Source: Paraspadella gotoi (taxonomy: Eukaryota > Animalia > Chaetognatha). Taken from it: a DNA stretch of 64,000 nucleotides. The position numbers and the translations under genes were made by a program. Where the stretch lies: the NCBI GenBank assembly GCA_051294375.1, contig CM119265.1, positions 17,620,081 through 17,684,080 of the forward strand. Reading direction: 5' to 3'. The notes under the pieces are model-generated. The model saw nothing but the letters and a program-made list of their open reading frames with translations, had not been told where the DNA came from and searched no databases. This document shows positions 27,421-41,765 of this stretch, piece by piece. How positions within the stretch are numbered: the first letter of the stretch is position 1; each line of letters opens with the position of its first letter.

Positions 27421-30400
27421 GAGAGAGAGAGAGAGAGAGTTGAATTATTGTAAAAAGAAAAAATCTTAATAAATTAAATCTAAAACAAATTCAAACTATT
27501 GTTTTCGCATAATCATTATCATGTAAATTTCATTTATTCTCATTATGGTGATTAAATAAAAAAAGTTCACAAAAAAGTTGCGAATTTCTTCACTCCTTTC
27601 TTCCCTCCAGAATTTACTTTTCATTATCCCTTCTGACACTTTCTTTTCTTTCATATCCCTATCTTTATTCCTTCCCAGTCAGTCCCCATATATATAACCT
27701 TCCCCCTCCCCGGGCCCTCGCCCCTTACGCCCCCTCTCCCCTTACGCCCCCGCTCCTCCCCCCCCACGCAGCTCGGGATTCCGAGACGCTCATGAAGTTT
27801 TTTCTGAAGAAAAAAAAATTATTGATGAAATCTCAAAAAGTCGGAGACTGAGAATTGATGAAGAAATCCTTAAATTTGTTGACGTCAAGAAGAAGAAGAA
27901 GAAGAAGTAGAAGAAGAAGAAGAAGAAGGAAAAGAGGAGGATGAGGAGGATAGGAAGATAGAGGAAATAAAAGAAGAACGAGACAAAAACAGTAAACTCA
28001 AAAAATTTGGCCCGAAATTTTTGAAATTCGTCACAAAATATTTCTCTTGTCGTTTGAGAATTTTCTATTTTTTTAAAAAGAAATCAAAAAAGATGCGCGC
28101 TGTGATTGCGGATGAACTTGAGATGGAAACGTTTCTTGGTGGCGTCGTTGTCGTAGCTGCGGTTTTTGTTGTCGTTGTTGTGATTCAAGATTGACTAGCA
28201 GTTGATTGTCGTCGGTGGGAAAAGATTGTCTCCCTCTTTGCCAATGATTCCTGTTCAAGAACTCGCGATGGATTTTCTTAGACGCCTCCGTTGATTGCTG
28301 TGCATTGTTTCAATTTAAATTTCATGTCGCAATATTTGATAGAACAATTTTTTTTAAATTAATTAATTCATTCATTCATTCATTCATTCATTCATTNNNN
28401 NNNNNNNNNNNNNNNNNNNNNNNNNNNNNNNNNNNNNNNNNNNNNNNNNNNNNNNNNNNNNNNNNNNNNNNNNNNNNNNNNNNNNNNNNNNNNNNNNNNN
28501 TATTTAGTTTTATTATATTTATTTCATTTATTTATTATTATTTATTCTTTATTGGTATTTATTACTGATTATTATTTATTATTTATTTATTTATTTATTT
28601 ATTTAATTATTTAATTATTTATTTAATCATTCATTCATTCCTTTATTCATTCTTTCATTTATTCTTTCAATCATTCATTCATTTCTTCCTGTCAAGTTCC
28701 TTTCCAACACTTTCGCTCACAAAAACCGCAAATCCTATTTTTGAAGTCGAGACTCGAGAGGCGATCGTAAAGACGCTTGGAATCTTGCCAACGACCCACC
28801 AGCGCCACCGACGGATTAAAAGCGATGTCCCGAGTACGATTCCCCTCCTCCCCAATTTTGTTTCCTCTGTTTTTTTCGCTCAACGAAACGCGTTCTAACT
28901 GTTGTTGCTGAGCAACAACACTTTTTATTCAGTGAATCCAATTTTGTTTTCACTGTCGACGGAGACTTATAAACCCAACGACTAAAAAACGGAGAGAGGA
29001 GAGAGACTAGAGCGAGAAGAAAGAGGAGATACGAGAGAGAGGAGAGAGAGAGAGAGAGAGAGAGATAGTCAATAAATCGTTAATCTAGCAATCTAACATT
29101 TACATTTACACATATACCGCTTTTCTTTTCTTTTTCCTTTTCTCTTCATCCCAGGTGCGAAATCGCGAGCGAAGAAAAAAAAAAAGAGCATCGCGGTCTG
29201 ATTCGTCGAGCGACGAGGTTCACCCTCATTCGAGTTGACGTTTTCCATCGCAGCGCCATCTTCGTCGCCCATATTTTTACGGTCTTTCGCCCATTTTGTA
29301 ATTACAAATTACATATTATTTCTGTTCGAGTTTAATTTTTCTTACATCCGTTTTTGCTATGTAGCGAAAATGGTAATTTTTTCACCATTTCCTTCGCACA
29401 GCACACTGAACACTGAACATTTCACGAACAGCGTTGATTGAATGAATGAATGAATGGTAACAATAAATGATCCAAATTTCAGTGAATCCCGTGAATTCTG
29501 TGAAGCCTTTTTTTTCGATTCCGACACTCAATCACCGACGGGGAAAAAAATATGTCGGTTTTATATTCATTTTTCTTTCTCATCCTCTTCTATTCTCTTC
29601 CGGGATTTTTGCGCCACAATGAAGGGGGCGCTGGGAGGAAGGGAGTTAGAGAAAGAAACGGGATTGGGTTGATACGGTTGTGGGTTGTGGGAGCGAAAAG
29701 GGNNNNNNNNNNGCGAGAGAGAGAGAAAATACATGGATATTATCGAAAGGAAGGGAATTGGTCCACCCCGAATGTGAAATGGAGGGCGAGGGAAGGATCA
29801 GACTCCAGGAAGAGAAATCTTGAGCGGCGGGACCATGTTTCCCAAAAGACGACTGGGAGGGGGGGCGAAGGGCGGCGCATGAAAATTCTCCGGGTCGTCG
29901 ATTCCCCGGTTTCCGGATCCCCGAATGCCGGATCCCGGCTGCCGGAGCTGCACCCCCCCCAGCGGCGGAGGATTCGAACTCGGGGATAGTAAAATCAATA
30001 AAAGTCATTTGTCAACGAAAGGCGAGGATAAGAGGAGGCGGAGATGAAGAGGAGGGGGGGAGGAGGAAGGAAAGAGAGGAGTGAGGAGAGTGAAAGAAGC
30101 TTACTCGGTGAAGGAAAGATAAGTGCAGAGAACTAGAAAGAAGAGAGACGAAAGTAAGTGAGAGAGAAATAGTAAAAATAAGGGCGAATGGAATTTCATT
30201 AGTTTTAACGTGAATGAGAGAGGAATTTTTTGTAATCGGAAGGATCAGAGTTTTGCCGTTTCTATTTAACGTCATCTTTTCGGCGGCCGTTACAGATTCT
30301 TTTTTCAATAATATTCAATAACATCGATTACTATTATTATTAACGGTCTAAAAATAATCTCGTTAAAGATCCAAACGAGATTTCGAAATTTAATCAGGAT

Positions 30401-30876
30401 TGAGAACCGTCGCTCGGGTTTTTTAGAAATACCGAAATTTTCGTTTCGGTACTAAACGTTTTCAATGCCCAAATTGTTTTTTTCATAAATCGGATAACAT
30501 AAAGTTTAATATCGTTCCCACAAAGAACACGAGATATTTCATGCACTGATACATCAATTTAAGAGGATTAAAGAACGCTCTTCTTTTGGAGGTGGCATTC
30601 ATATTTTTCATGCAATCAACGGGAGATAAAAAAAAAAGGAACGAGGCGCAAGATTCGGGCGACCGGTGGAATTTTAAACGTAAACAGAAAAAAAACAAAA
30701 CAAAAAAACCTCATGAATATTTCACATTGATATCGAGTTAATATAAAGTTTCGCGATTAACATTCAATCGATATAATTGCGGCATTGAATCACAGGATCA
30801 GGAAAAACGGTATGGGGGACACAATGGGGGATAAAGCAGGGCGACAAGCCGAGAGAGGGCGGTAGAGGTAGTTACG

Positions 30877-30923
<47 letters not shown>

Positions 30924-32410
30924 TTAGGTACAATCACAGTAAGAGTTAAAAGATGCTATTTAGAATACGTAAAATTTAAAACAAAAACTTACCAACTGTT
31001 CAACTATATGTGACAAAATAAATCATTTTTTCTCCTTTTTTTTTTAAGGGCAAGAGAGAAAAAGAGAGGGAAAGACAGAAACAAAGACAGAGAGAAAGAG
31101 AGTGCACAGTTTTTCTGTCTTTTTTGAGTTTTGTTGTTTTTTTTAAAACATTTTTGTTCTTTTGTTTGTTTTTTTTTCCTCAATAGAGATTGAATCTGGC
31201 GGCGACATCTCTCGAAGTGACGGGAGGGGCGGTCTTGGCGGCGCCGCCCACCCCCTGACCCGCGTGGTGAGTCTTCCGGTGCTCCGATTGGCTGTGATTA
31301 GCGGAATGCTGATTGGTCGAAGGACCATTGTGAGCGGATTGGCCGTGGCCAGTCGGGGGCCCTCCGCGGGTCTTTTTACTTTGCAGAACTTTTTTTTGTT
31401 TTTAATTTTTCGACGAAAAGATTGTTTTTATTGTGCGTTTGTGTGAGTGCGAATTTTTAAAGGAAAGTGAGGGGGCAGAAAAGGTGAGGAGAGAGGGAGA
31501 GAAAGACAAGGTGAGTGAATTCCGATTTGGAATTAGCGTCGGTTAGATTTAGACGCCACCGCTCGCCTGTCTCTGCCACTTCTGTCATAGCTTCACATTT
31601 TTTTTTTGCTCTGAAAAATATGATGCCACCATTTTTACCGAGAGAGCGCACCTGGTCAGAAATTTTAGTATAATTTTTTTTTCAATACTTTTTAGTCTTA
31701 TTTTAGTAGCGAGATTTTCTAAGTATTAGTTAGCTTAAACCAACGGATAGAATATATATATTTCGTGGAGCCAAAGATAAAAAAAGATTTACGACTAAAT
31801 CATCTAAAATGTGAAAAAGTGTTTCTAAATTTTTAAAAAAATGTATGAGATTGTCATGCCGATCTGAAACGAGAGAGCAGTGCTGTTCTTTTCTCAGAAC
31901 AAAAATATCAGTGCAAGTGGTGCCATCTAATGATAATGATGATAATTACATATTTTTAGTTTAAAAATAGAAAAAAATAAGGGTGAAATTGTTTCTACTA
32001 AAGAAAAAAAAATGGTAATTTGAGTTTCTAAGATGCGAAGTGGCGGAGGCAGAGATGCTAGTCGCGTTTACTGTTTACTCAAAGAAATAATTTTAATAAT
32101 CATAATTATGAAACAATAGTGTTTTTTAATATAAATTCTACATTTTTTAAAAATATAAATAAATAGTGCGGCAGGGTGGACAAAAAACTAAAACTGGAAA
32201 CGATGAAATAAACAGTAAAAAAACAAAAAAGAAAAGCGCATGCGTAAAGTCTGATTTCGAGTGACAGATTAGCATCTGTCATATTTTTAATAAATGTCGC
32301 CTGGTCTAGCATTCGTAAAGTCACACTTCTTGTTCAAGAAGTCCTACAACAAATTTAATATAGACCAAAGACACTCTCATTTTAGTTAACTTGATTCGAA
32401 ATTCGAAATG
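27421..32410 (-). repeat. Right arm of ~5 kb inverted duplication
   Basis: Reverse complement of 21845-27395, deletion-biased; e.g. MVTINDPNFSESR appears at 24920-25147 (-) and 29454-29672 (+). Confidence 0.95.
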
Positions 32411-32580
32411 GAAAAAAAAAAGGGTTTTTTTTTCAAAGCGAATTGTGTGAGATTTGCGCGATATTTTCGCGATGAATACGCGATTTGTCCCCCGCACGCG
32501 AACGAAATAAACCAATGAGCGGATGTCCCGCGGTTAAACCGACCAATCACAGTGCGACACGGACGCCGGATAAAGCCATG

Positions 32581-32651
<71 letters not shown>

Positions 32652-32844
32652 CCGTGGACGACGATATCGATTTTTTGATAAAGAAAGAAATCAGGGTCAA
32701 ACGCGCAGACTGAAATAACTGGAAGGGTTTTGGGCCGGGGAACGGGGAACCCGACGGTGGAGGGCGAAATGGGGTGGCGTCAGAAGTGGTGAGAAAGGGA
32801 GATGTATTAGAAGGGCGACGGAAACGGCTCGACTACTTTGTAGA

Positions 32845-33225
32845 ATTGATTGAAAGCTTGCAGGGACCTGCTATGTCATTATCTTGTAAGAGTGATGGAG
32901 GCCTTAAACCAGCAAAGCCTGTCCAAAGTCAGGGGCAAGATAGCTATTTATTAAATTAATTTTATATTAGTGGTAAGGAATTTCATAAAAGAACCAAATC
33001 GGTCCAGCATACCATCATCAAAGTATATTCTCCGTTCTCAACTGAGTCGAACGGTCCGGAGATCAAATTCTCGAGATAAATGTTTTGAGGTGAATATCCC
33101 ACCGAAGTTCAGCGGTGAAACTCACGAAACGAGGTCATCATTCCGGTTTCACTTTTTTGACAAAAAAGTCGTTTATCCGCGGCGGAGGTTTTTATCCTTA
33201 AAGTAATGACTCCGAATCCACTTAA

Positions 33226-33285
<60 letters not shown>

Positions 33286-33946
33286 CTCTCTCCTCTCTCT
33301 CTCTCTCTCGCTCTCTTTCTCACTATCTCATCTCTCTCTCCCTCCTTTTGATCCACATAGTTCTTATTTAAGCGTACTTTTTTTCTCCTTTATGTTTCTT
33401 TGTCTCCTTGGTCTTTATAGTTTTTCTTTTTTATATCAAATCGTATTTTCTTTTCAATTTCTCGCATTATTTTCGTCTCTCTCCTTTTTTTTTAAATTTT
33501 TATCTTGTGACTCAAAACGAAGTGAAAAACGGCGTCGATTATTCAAAATACATCGCGAATCAATTGAGATATAACTGAAGAATAAAGGGGTTTTCTTTTA
33601 TTTAAAACATTTCGCCGCGAGCGAAGATCGCGACAATTTTTTTTTTTTTTTTCAATCTCGTGCGCACAAACGCAACTGAAAATAAAAAAAAGAACGTAAC
33701 AAATCTGCCACGACGCATCCGTTTTGACGCTGGGTCCTTTTACCGTTGCTCAGATAAAAGGAAGAAAGAGAAAAAAAAAAAACTCTCAAATTCTTCTTTT
33801 TTCTTATTTTCTTTTTTTTTCCTTTCTTTCTCTTTCCTCTTGGGTCATAAAATTTACCCGAAAAGTTTCCCGGTTTAAATTGAAAAGGGAGATGTGGGAA
33901 ATGCCACGAAAATGGAACGACACACTCAGAGAGAGAGAGAGTGAGA

Positions 33947-33980
<34 letters not shown>

Positions 33981-36900
33981 AAGAAGGAAGAGAGAGAGAG
34001 ATGAGAGACCGAGAGGAGAGAGAGAGAGAGAGAAGAGCCAGAGAGAGAGAGAGAGACAGAGATGGGCTGCTCACCCGGCATAAAGATTCCCAAAATGAAC
34101 GTCGCTCGCAAAGTTGTTCGAATGTTTTACAGATTCACTGTCTTTAAGAAACAATTTTTGCTCAGCGCCGGGCAGAAAAAATGACAACCGAAACTGTTTT
34201 TCAGCCACAAAACAGATGTATCAAAAAATCTGTTCTTAAAAAATTACATCTTCCCTCCTATCGAGTTCGAAAAACGAACTTCTTTTACAAGTTCCGAATC
34301 ACAATTACCAAACTAAAAAATGAAAAAAAGAAAAAAAAAGAAAAAAAAAAGGATTTTTAATATTCATGAAGGAACCATTTCGTTGGTCCTCTGCCGCTTC
34401 AATTTTGCCAACCGCTTGCCTGTTTTTTCGTGTTTCGCGTGGCCGGCTCCCTGGACGCCATCATTGGGATATAAATGCAATATAATGAAACTGAGGCTGG
34501 TCGTTGTTTGTCGTCGTGCATTCAATTTGAAGATGTCCCTCCTGCTTCATCACTGCCCTCTTTCCTCTGCATCTCTCCTTTCGCTCATCCTTCTACGCTC
34601 TTTCGGCATGCTCTTAGCTCCCTCAACGCCTGGCTTTTCGAGAGTTTCGCCTTTAAAAAATCATTCGGCGCCGAAAATTAAAAACTCGAAATAAAAATTT
34701 CTGTGGCCTCTCTAAAAATTTCGACGAGAGTGGTGACCGATCGGGCAGCGGAAAGATTTCCTTGAGAGTGGTCGCCCGATCGGGAGTGTCAGCCGATCAG
34801 TGGGAAGGAAAGAGAGTAATAAGAAAGGAAGGAAGAGAATCCGAGATTTTCTAATGGGGCAACGAAAAAACTAGAAAAGGGACCAATGTCATGCTTCGTG
34901 TTTTCGAATCGTTTGACTTTACTTCTCTTCTCATCCTCCTAATGTATTACAATTACACTGCTCTCTTCCTCTCTTTTTCTCTACCAACGATTATTATTGT
35001 AAATCGTCCATCAGATGAATCTTTTGTTCGACCACGATAACCAAGATGGCGGTCATTAGCTGTGGGCACCAACTCAGAACAGAGCGGATGACTTAGACAA
35101 TAATTGATAATTCTAGGAAAGCTAACTCCTAACTTTAAGAATAAGTAAGTGCTATGCTCAGACGTCGCAATGTACGTGAACGATATCGTAACGAACACCA
35201 CCTAACATAAGAAAGAAATAACGCTCAACTTCGGCCAATTAAACCTAATAATTTTTAATCCGTTTGCAAGACGACCACCCAGGACAACGACACAGCTAGG
35301 ACAATTCAGCAGACAAAACGACAACACGACGACGACGACGCAGAAAGACGACGCTAAACCGGGACGAAATACGCGTCTCACGACGTTTACGATAATAAGA
35401 CAGTCATAATTCCCGTTTAAGATGACGCGGAGCGGACGGTCCGAGGTTTGGCCTCTCCGTTAATAGGTTTGGCCTCTCCTTTTAAAGAGTTTGGCCTCTG
35501 CGTATGCGAAATCCTTTATCGGATGCGCTTCTTGCCAAGATTTTTGGGCCTCGCACCTTGTATCCCAGGGTATCTTCCGCCTTGGCCTCAAGTCAAACGA
35601 CGAACTGCGAAAACGTTGTAGCTAATAGTAAGAAATAATTTTCGTATGATTGTCTCTAATTGCATGGCGTTATGCCTCCGCCTCTCGTCAGACTTGTTCT
35701 CATGGCTTGAGGCCCTTGTCTCCCCAATTCGCTAGCGCGTCGGCCCGCTGGTCACGTGATTTAGGTCAAAACTCCCCAAGATTTTGTAAATTGTGCCTCT
35801 GGCCATGAACATAAACCATTGTCCTCTCGTCCTCTTTTACCGTCTCTTCTTTCCTATTTTTTTTTTTTTCATTCTTAAACCCAATCCATCGTTTCTTTCT
35901 TCTTTTTTCCTCTCCGCCTCTTTCTCTTCACTTAGAAGTTAGAACCGGGTCAGAACGTTCTTCTTCACCCCACAGCTTCGAGGGGCGAACCTCATAAATA
36001 AGTTTTCATCTCAAAGGCCGCGGGGGCCAGAACCATAAACGCCCGAGTCGCTCTCCAGGTTTGGGTCGTCTGAGTTTAAAGCTTAAATTGCCCGGACGAG
36101 TGAGCAGTGAGCAGAAATTGAAATTTCGTAAAACGTTTCCAATTAAAAAAAAAAAACATACCATAGAGTCAAATATCCTAGCTGTTGATCGATCTATAAA
36201 AACTTGGTATAGTTACCAGACGAGAGAGAAATATCGTTGTATAATCATCAAAGCGAGTTAGTGAATATATAGGATCAGTAGATTTGCAAATACTGAAAGA
36301 AATAAATTAGTAGTAAAATTGTAAAGAGCGCGACGGGACTACTGCTAATAATACTTTAGGTATAAGTCCAGTGCGAAAATATATAAGCCCAAAAACAAGC
36401 GCAGACGTTGTAATGAAAACCAAAGAGTTAAAGGATAATATGGCTAGTCTCCTCAGAATATCCTGTGAAGGCAACCTATAGTTTACTGTGTCGAGGTACT
36501 AGAGACCTTAATCACACGCTCGACATTTGTGGGAAGTAAGTCTGTACCGAGGAGAAATTTGGAGCGACGGTGCAGAGAGTGGCGACGGAGGCGAGTCAGG
36601 AGAGGAATGGATATTGAATGAGGGAACGTTTTGATCTTTGGTAGACGGAGGACATGTTGAAATGCCTTTAATGAGAAACTTATAACGTTATGCTAAACCT
36701 TTATTATTATTAGCGTTTGGTGTTCTCTCTTCCCGGTTTTATGCATGTAATTTCTCTCTTATTCTCCGCTTCAACTCCAACTATACGTGTCTTCCACAAC
36801 GCATGGTTATCACACCCGCTCCATCACGACTCATAATAACTTCTTTAATTGCCCGATTCAATGTTATGTTCCATAATATAGTTAATTATTTCACCAGATA

Positions 36901-39900
36901 CATATAAAAAGTCCTAAAGTCCAGTACAAAATAGAATATACAATAATAATAATATTATAAATATTTCTTATTATTTAAGTGGAGACAACTGGTCCTGTGC
37001 AACATCACTAGACATAACGTATGTAGGTTTTTAATATACATATTTAATATCGACGTATAATATTTTTAAACCAGAAGAAATATTCTTGCTAACCAACTTG
37101 TCATAAAATCTTCCAAATTAAACCAAATCGATTCATTCGAACAAATAATCTCGGCGGATATCGCTCTTTTTTCAGAGACCATTGAACAGTCAACCAACAC
37201 TAGCCCACTCGCATACGCGCACACCGGCGAATCGATCGCGTCGTAACCCCTTCTCTCCCGGACTGTAAACCGTCAGGCGCCGGAGTGCGTGGCGTTGCGG
37301 CAATTAGCGCTCGATCGAAAATCTGTGCATCGGACAGTATCTTTTACCGTGATCTTGTTCATCGTTTCGCTCACGTCTCGTGTCGTTCGTCCGGTGTTTT
37401 TTTCTCGTTTACTTTTGAACAGTGAAAGTCTTTGGTTAAAAAAAAAAACAAAAAACGAACGATCAGTCGTCCTCTCTGGACTTCGCACACAAACGCGTTC
37501 TGCCTATAGTCCAAACGGTCTCCGTCGAACCTCTCCTAAACAGACCTTTGTTGCGCAAATGCAAGAGACTATACTTGACCTTTCCTCGCCTTCGTAACCC
37601 TGCTATCCCTCCGTTGATACTTCACGGGTGTCGCGGCGCGCTGCGCGAGCAGAGAAACGTAGGACTCGCGCTCCTCACACTCGTGATTCTCCTCGCTCGG
37701 TCGGTTGACCCTCTCGCCTTACCTCTCCTCCGCTCGCTTGACCTCCACCTCTCTTTGTTTTCCTTCCTTTCTTTCCCAGTTTATTTCACTCTGATGCAGC
37801 TAGTGCTACACGAGTTGGACCTCATACCATTTTTTTTCTGGCTCAAAGAGAGCAAGAGGATTAAAGAATAGTTTTACAGAAATTATGTATAGCGACATAT
37901 CATTCATCTAGTCGCTGCTCATTATCGTAGAATTACTAACATTTTTATGGTCTATTAATATTTCTCTTAACTAGGATAAAGAGCATTCAACACAATATTT
38001 AACTGTTGTTGCCTCCTCGTCCTTCGGAATGTAAAATCACAACTTACCAATCGCATATGGTGATTTGTTAATTGCAAAATAGCCTCGTCGATTGAATTAG
38101 GATGCCCTTTTCTCCTCTTCTTTAAATACATTCCTATTTCCCCATCTTTTTCGGTCCTCTATAAACTTTTAGTCCTAGGTTTCTTCTTTTCTTGTGCCTC
38201 CATTCAATTAAAGTCATCTCCATTCAATAACAAATTATAAAATAAGACATATATTTATAATACAGAAGGCGCAATTTGGTGAGAGCAATCGCTTCTCTGC
38301 AATAAACCTTACCTCCTCCTAGTCTACTCATCTGTGGTGCGAACCATCTTGTACATGTACCCTAATTACGCAGTTTCCCAAAATTCATAATTATATCGCC
38401 AACATCACCGTTTAGACCGGCGTACTCTGAGAACTAAGAGTATAAAAGACTGTCCAGATCATAGAGAATCCTGGCAACTATATCTAGGGGACGCTCCAAA
38501 AGTTAAAGAAAACAGTTAAGAGAAACCCTCTTTCTTTCTTTCGTTTGCGTTCTTTCTTATCTTTTATTAAGTTCTCTTGTATACAACATTAACGTTTCTT
38601 AATTTTTTCTTTCTTGACCGCGTTTAGACTTACAATTGCTGTGTTCTCGATCATTATTTCTTCCTTAATCACTTTTTGTCTCTCGTCTCGATCGTCTATT
38701 AAGTCATTGCGGAAACTGTAGTTATAAACAAAGATTTTGCCTCCGAATAAACACTTCATTGACAAAAGCAGCAGCTTTCTCCTTCTATACTTCTTTATAA
38801 AAGCTGCACTTTGGAGTAACGCGAAACAAGAATACATTTTTGTTCAAGCTGCTCTTCAATATAATTCTCTATTTCCAAACAAGAGGGTATAGAACTCTCA
38901 TCTCGAAATTTTTTTTAAAAGAGGATTTTACAGCTTTTTTGTTCACCGAAACATTAATATTTAAGAAAAAACTCCATTAAAACATCCATGAATGCAATCA
39001 AAATAACCTTTTAATTACCCGACGCTGGTTATCGAAGCACGTGACGCATGTCTATGTGACATATTTCTCTCTCTTAAACTTTCATTCTCTTTTTCTCCTA
39101 AATGACTTCTCTCGTTATACTTGTGTGGCATTGAACTTACATTATATTTTCCAGATGCACGACACGTTAATCTCCTTGTGGCTCACTCCACCGGGGGTAG
39201 ATATCGTGCATTACACAAACTCAGTTTTACTCTTATGCAACGTGCACAGGTAGCAGAAAGCATTCTGTACTTTTTCTTGCCTGAAATTATTTAGGCTTTA
39301 TATATTAGAGAGTCAATATAGTTAATTATACATTTAAGGTGTCTGCGTCGGCGGGGGCGGCAGCGTGAGGGCGTCACTGGACGAAAATAATGGAGTTGAG
39401 GCTGTGCTTGAAAATTCTGCATTGTCGGCGAGGAAAACGAATATGAGATTAATGAGTTACTTGCTGCTGCTCTCTTAGTGAAAAAAAAAACGTACAACGT
39501 TTACAAGATAATTGTTGTCCTGTGACCGACTAAGAATTTAGGGTTTGATTTGTCTGCTTTTTAAGTAAATATAAAAATATAAAAAATACTTAGTCTTGTA
39601 AAAAGCCCTTTGTTCAATAAGGGCTTCATTTAAATACCGTGACATGAATCTCACCCGGTTATAGCTTTATTACCTGCTGGCTACCGAGGTTTCTATAAAA
39701 ATACAGATATACAGAATCTTTTTTGTGTTTTAACACTATTTAGTGGTAAAACTATACTTATCTATGACTTGACAACAATAGATAATTCTCATTCTACTCT
39801 CATTCTCTCGCTGCGGTCTCTTTACTATCATCTCTAACTCTATCTCTTCATCTGCTGTAGTGTAGGTGTTCATGTTGTTCTAACTAAAATTTTTATTTTA

Positions 39901-41765
39901 TCATATAAATTTTATTAAATAGATCTTTGGATTCCACGCACTATTAGAGAATAGGAATTTTTCTGCGCCACTCTCTCCCGTACAAAAAAAAATTAATGAC
40001 TATCACACGATTCTAATATTTCCTTTGATGAGTAGACACCTTAAGCTTATGACTAGTGCATAATTTTTTTATCTCACTTGAAGTCCCCATATAAGTTTTT
40101 ACTTCCTCAAAATGTAAATGCGATACTGACTTTCCCTTTTATTTGTTCTTCACGGCCGCGGAGACGAATCTCGCTACGTAATTTGTACACCAGGAGAAAC
40201 GAACTAGATACAATAGCTTAAGTTTCTCGAAGAGAAAAGTCGCGAATAAGTAATAATGAGTCTTTATTTGAGAACACGAAAATTATTCCTAAATTACGAA
40301 AGTTATCGATCTCGGAGCGGGAAACGAAGTTTTTATGGTAGAGATTGTAGACAAAGCTGAAAACCTAACTACGATGCGAAAATCTTCTCCTCTGAAAAAT
40401 TGAGGCGGGAGGAACGAGACTGCGCCGTGCGGAGAAAATTGTGACCGAATGGAAAATGAGAATTGTGCAAGAGTAAGTACTTTAATGCAATAAGAATGAG
40501 ATGATTTAGAGAATAGAGTTCACTTATTTACCCTTGCAGGCAATAGAAAATAACCGAAACCGTGTGTGCAGTACAGTGAGCGAATGACAATCACAAATAC
40601 TATTGGCAGTGATTTTGTCGGGAATTTAGAGAAAAAAAACAACTTTTTCCAAGATATTGCCTAAAAGTATTATAAACAGCAATTGATAAAAAATTGTAGC
40701 TCTAAGACCAAGTGGGCTGGACTAGCGTGATAATTGAAATCATCTGCTTGCATTTTCTAATCAAGTAATCAATATCATTTTGCTACTTTTAATAGAGTAG
40801 AGTGGTAGGGAAAAGAGAGGGTAGAGGAAGAAAGGAAAGGATGACACAGAAAAAGTATGAGGGTAGAACGTTGGAGAAGCAGGGGAGAAAAAGTCAGAGA
40901 GAAAAAGAGAAAAATGAGAGAGTTCGAAAAAGTTTCTGAGAAGGGAAAGAAAATGAAGAAAAGTTAGGTGAAAAACACAAGAAAAAATTTTATAATATAG
41001 CGTGCCATTTGCCGAAGCAGGTAGCTTATAGACTCTTAAAATACGACACGAAAGAGACAAAGGATTACGAGATTAGCGAAGCAATGATCTTCGTAAGAAA
41101 ATGCTCTTGCCATGAGAAGAAGAAAATATGATTTTATTCATCTAATTAAGGCGGATACCGGTATCAATATAAGAAGTAGATTGGCTCAATTAAAAGGAAA
41201 TCATGTCTTACGACGTATTTTTGAAACATAGAAATTGCACTCCAGTGAGATCTATGTTAATGAAGGATGAAGATGAAGAGATTGATATAAATTTAAAGAG
41301 TGTTTCATAGAGATTATTCAGGGAAAAGAAATAATATTAAAGTTCGACAATGCATTGTGGAAGATACCCATAAAAATCACTGCCTTATTGCGTCAAAATA
41401 CAGAATTTGCATGAGAGAAAAGACCCCGAGATCCAGCGCGAGAACCGCAGATGAATCCAAGAGAGTGACCCGAGCTAGACGGAGAGAGGCAGAGGAGCAT
41501 TAGGAGAAAAGCTACTATTCACTCCAGAAGCCTCGTATCAGCGCAGCCTTCCGTGACGAGGGTAAGGGCAACGTAGAAAAGAGAAGATATGAAACGCGTA
41601 TAAGTTTGCCGACGTGGCAAGCTCCGCCGCATCGGCTGGCTCCGAGGCTCTTGCCGTTCGCCTGCGATCCGGGGACCAGGGAGAAGGAAGAGGGAAAGAA
41701 AGAAGGAAGTCCAAAGAGAGGAGGCCGGAATGCCCGCTCTGCCTTACTCAGTCTCCCAGCACTTC
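32845..41765 (+). repeat. Left arm of ~18.6 kb fold-back (increasingly noisy inward)
   Basis: 32845-36150 is a close reverse complement of ~48290-51500; 36150-41765 matches the right arm with heavy insertion noise. Confidence 0.9.
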
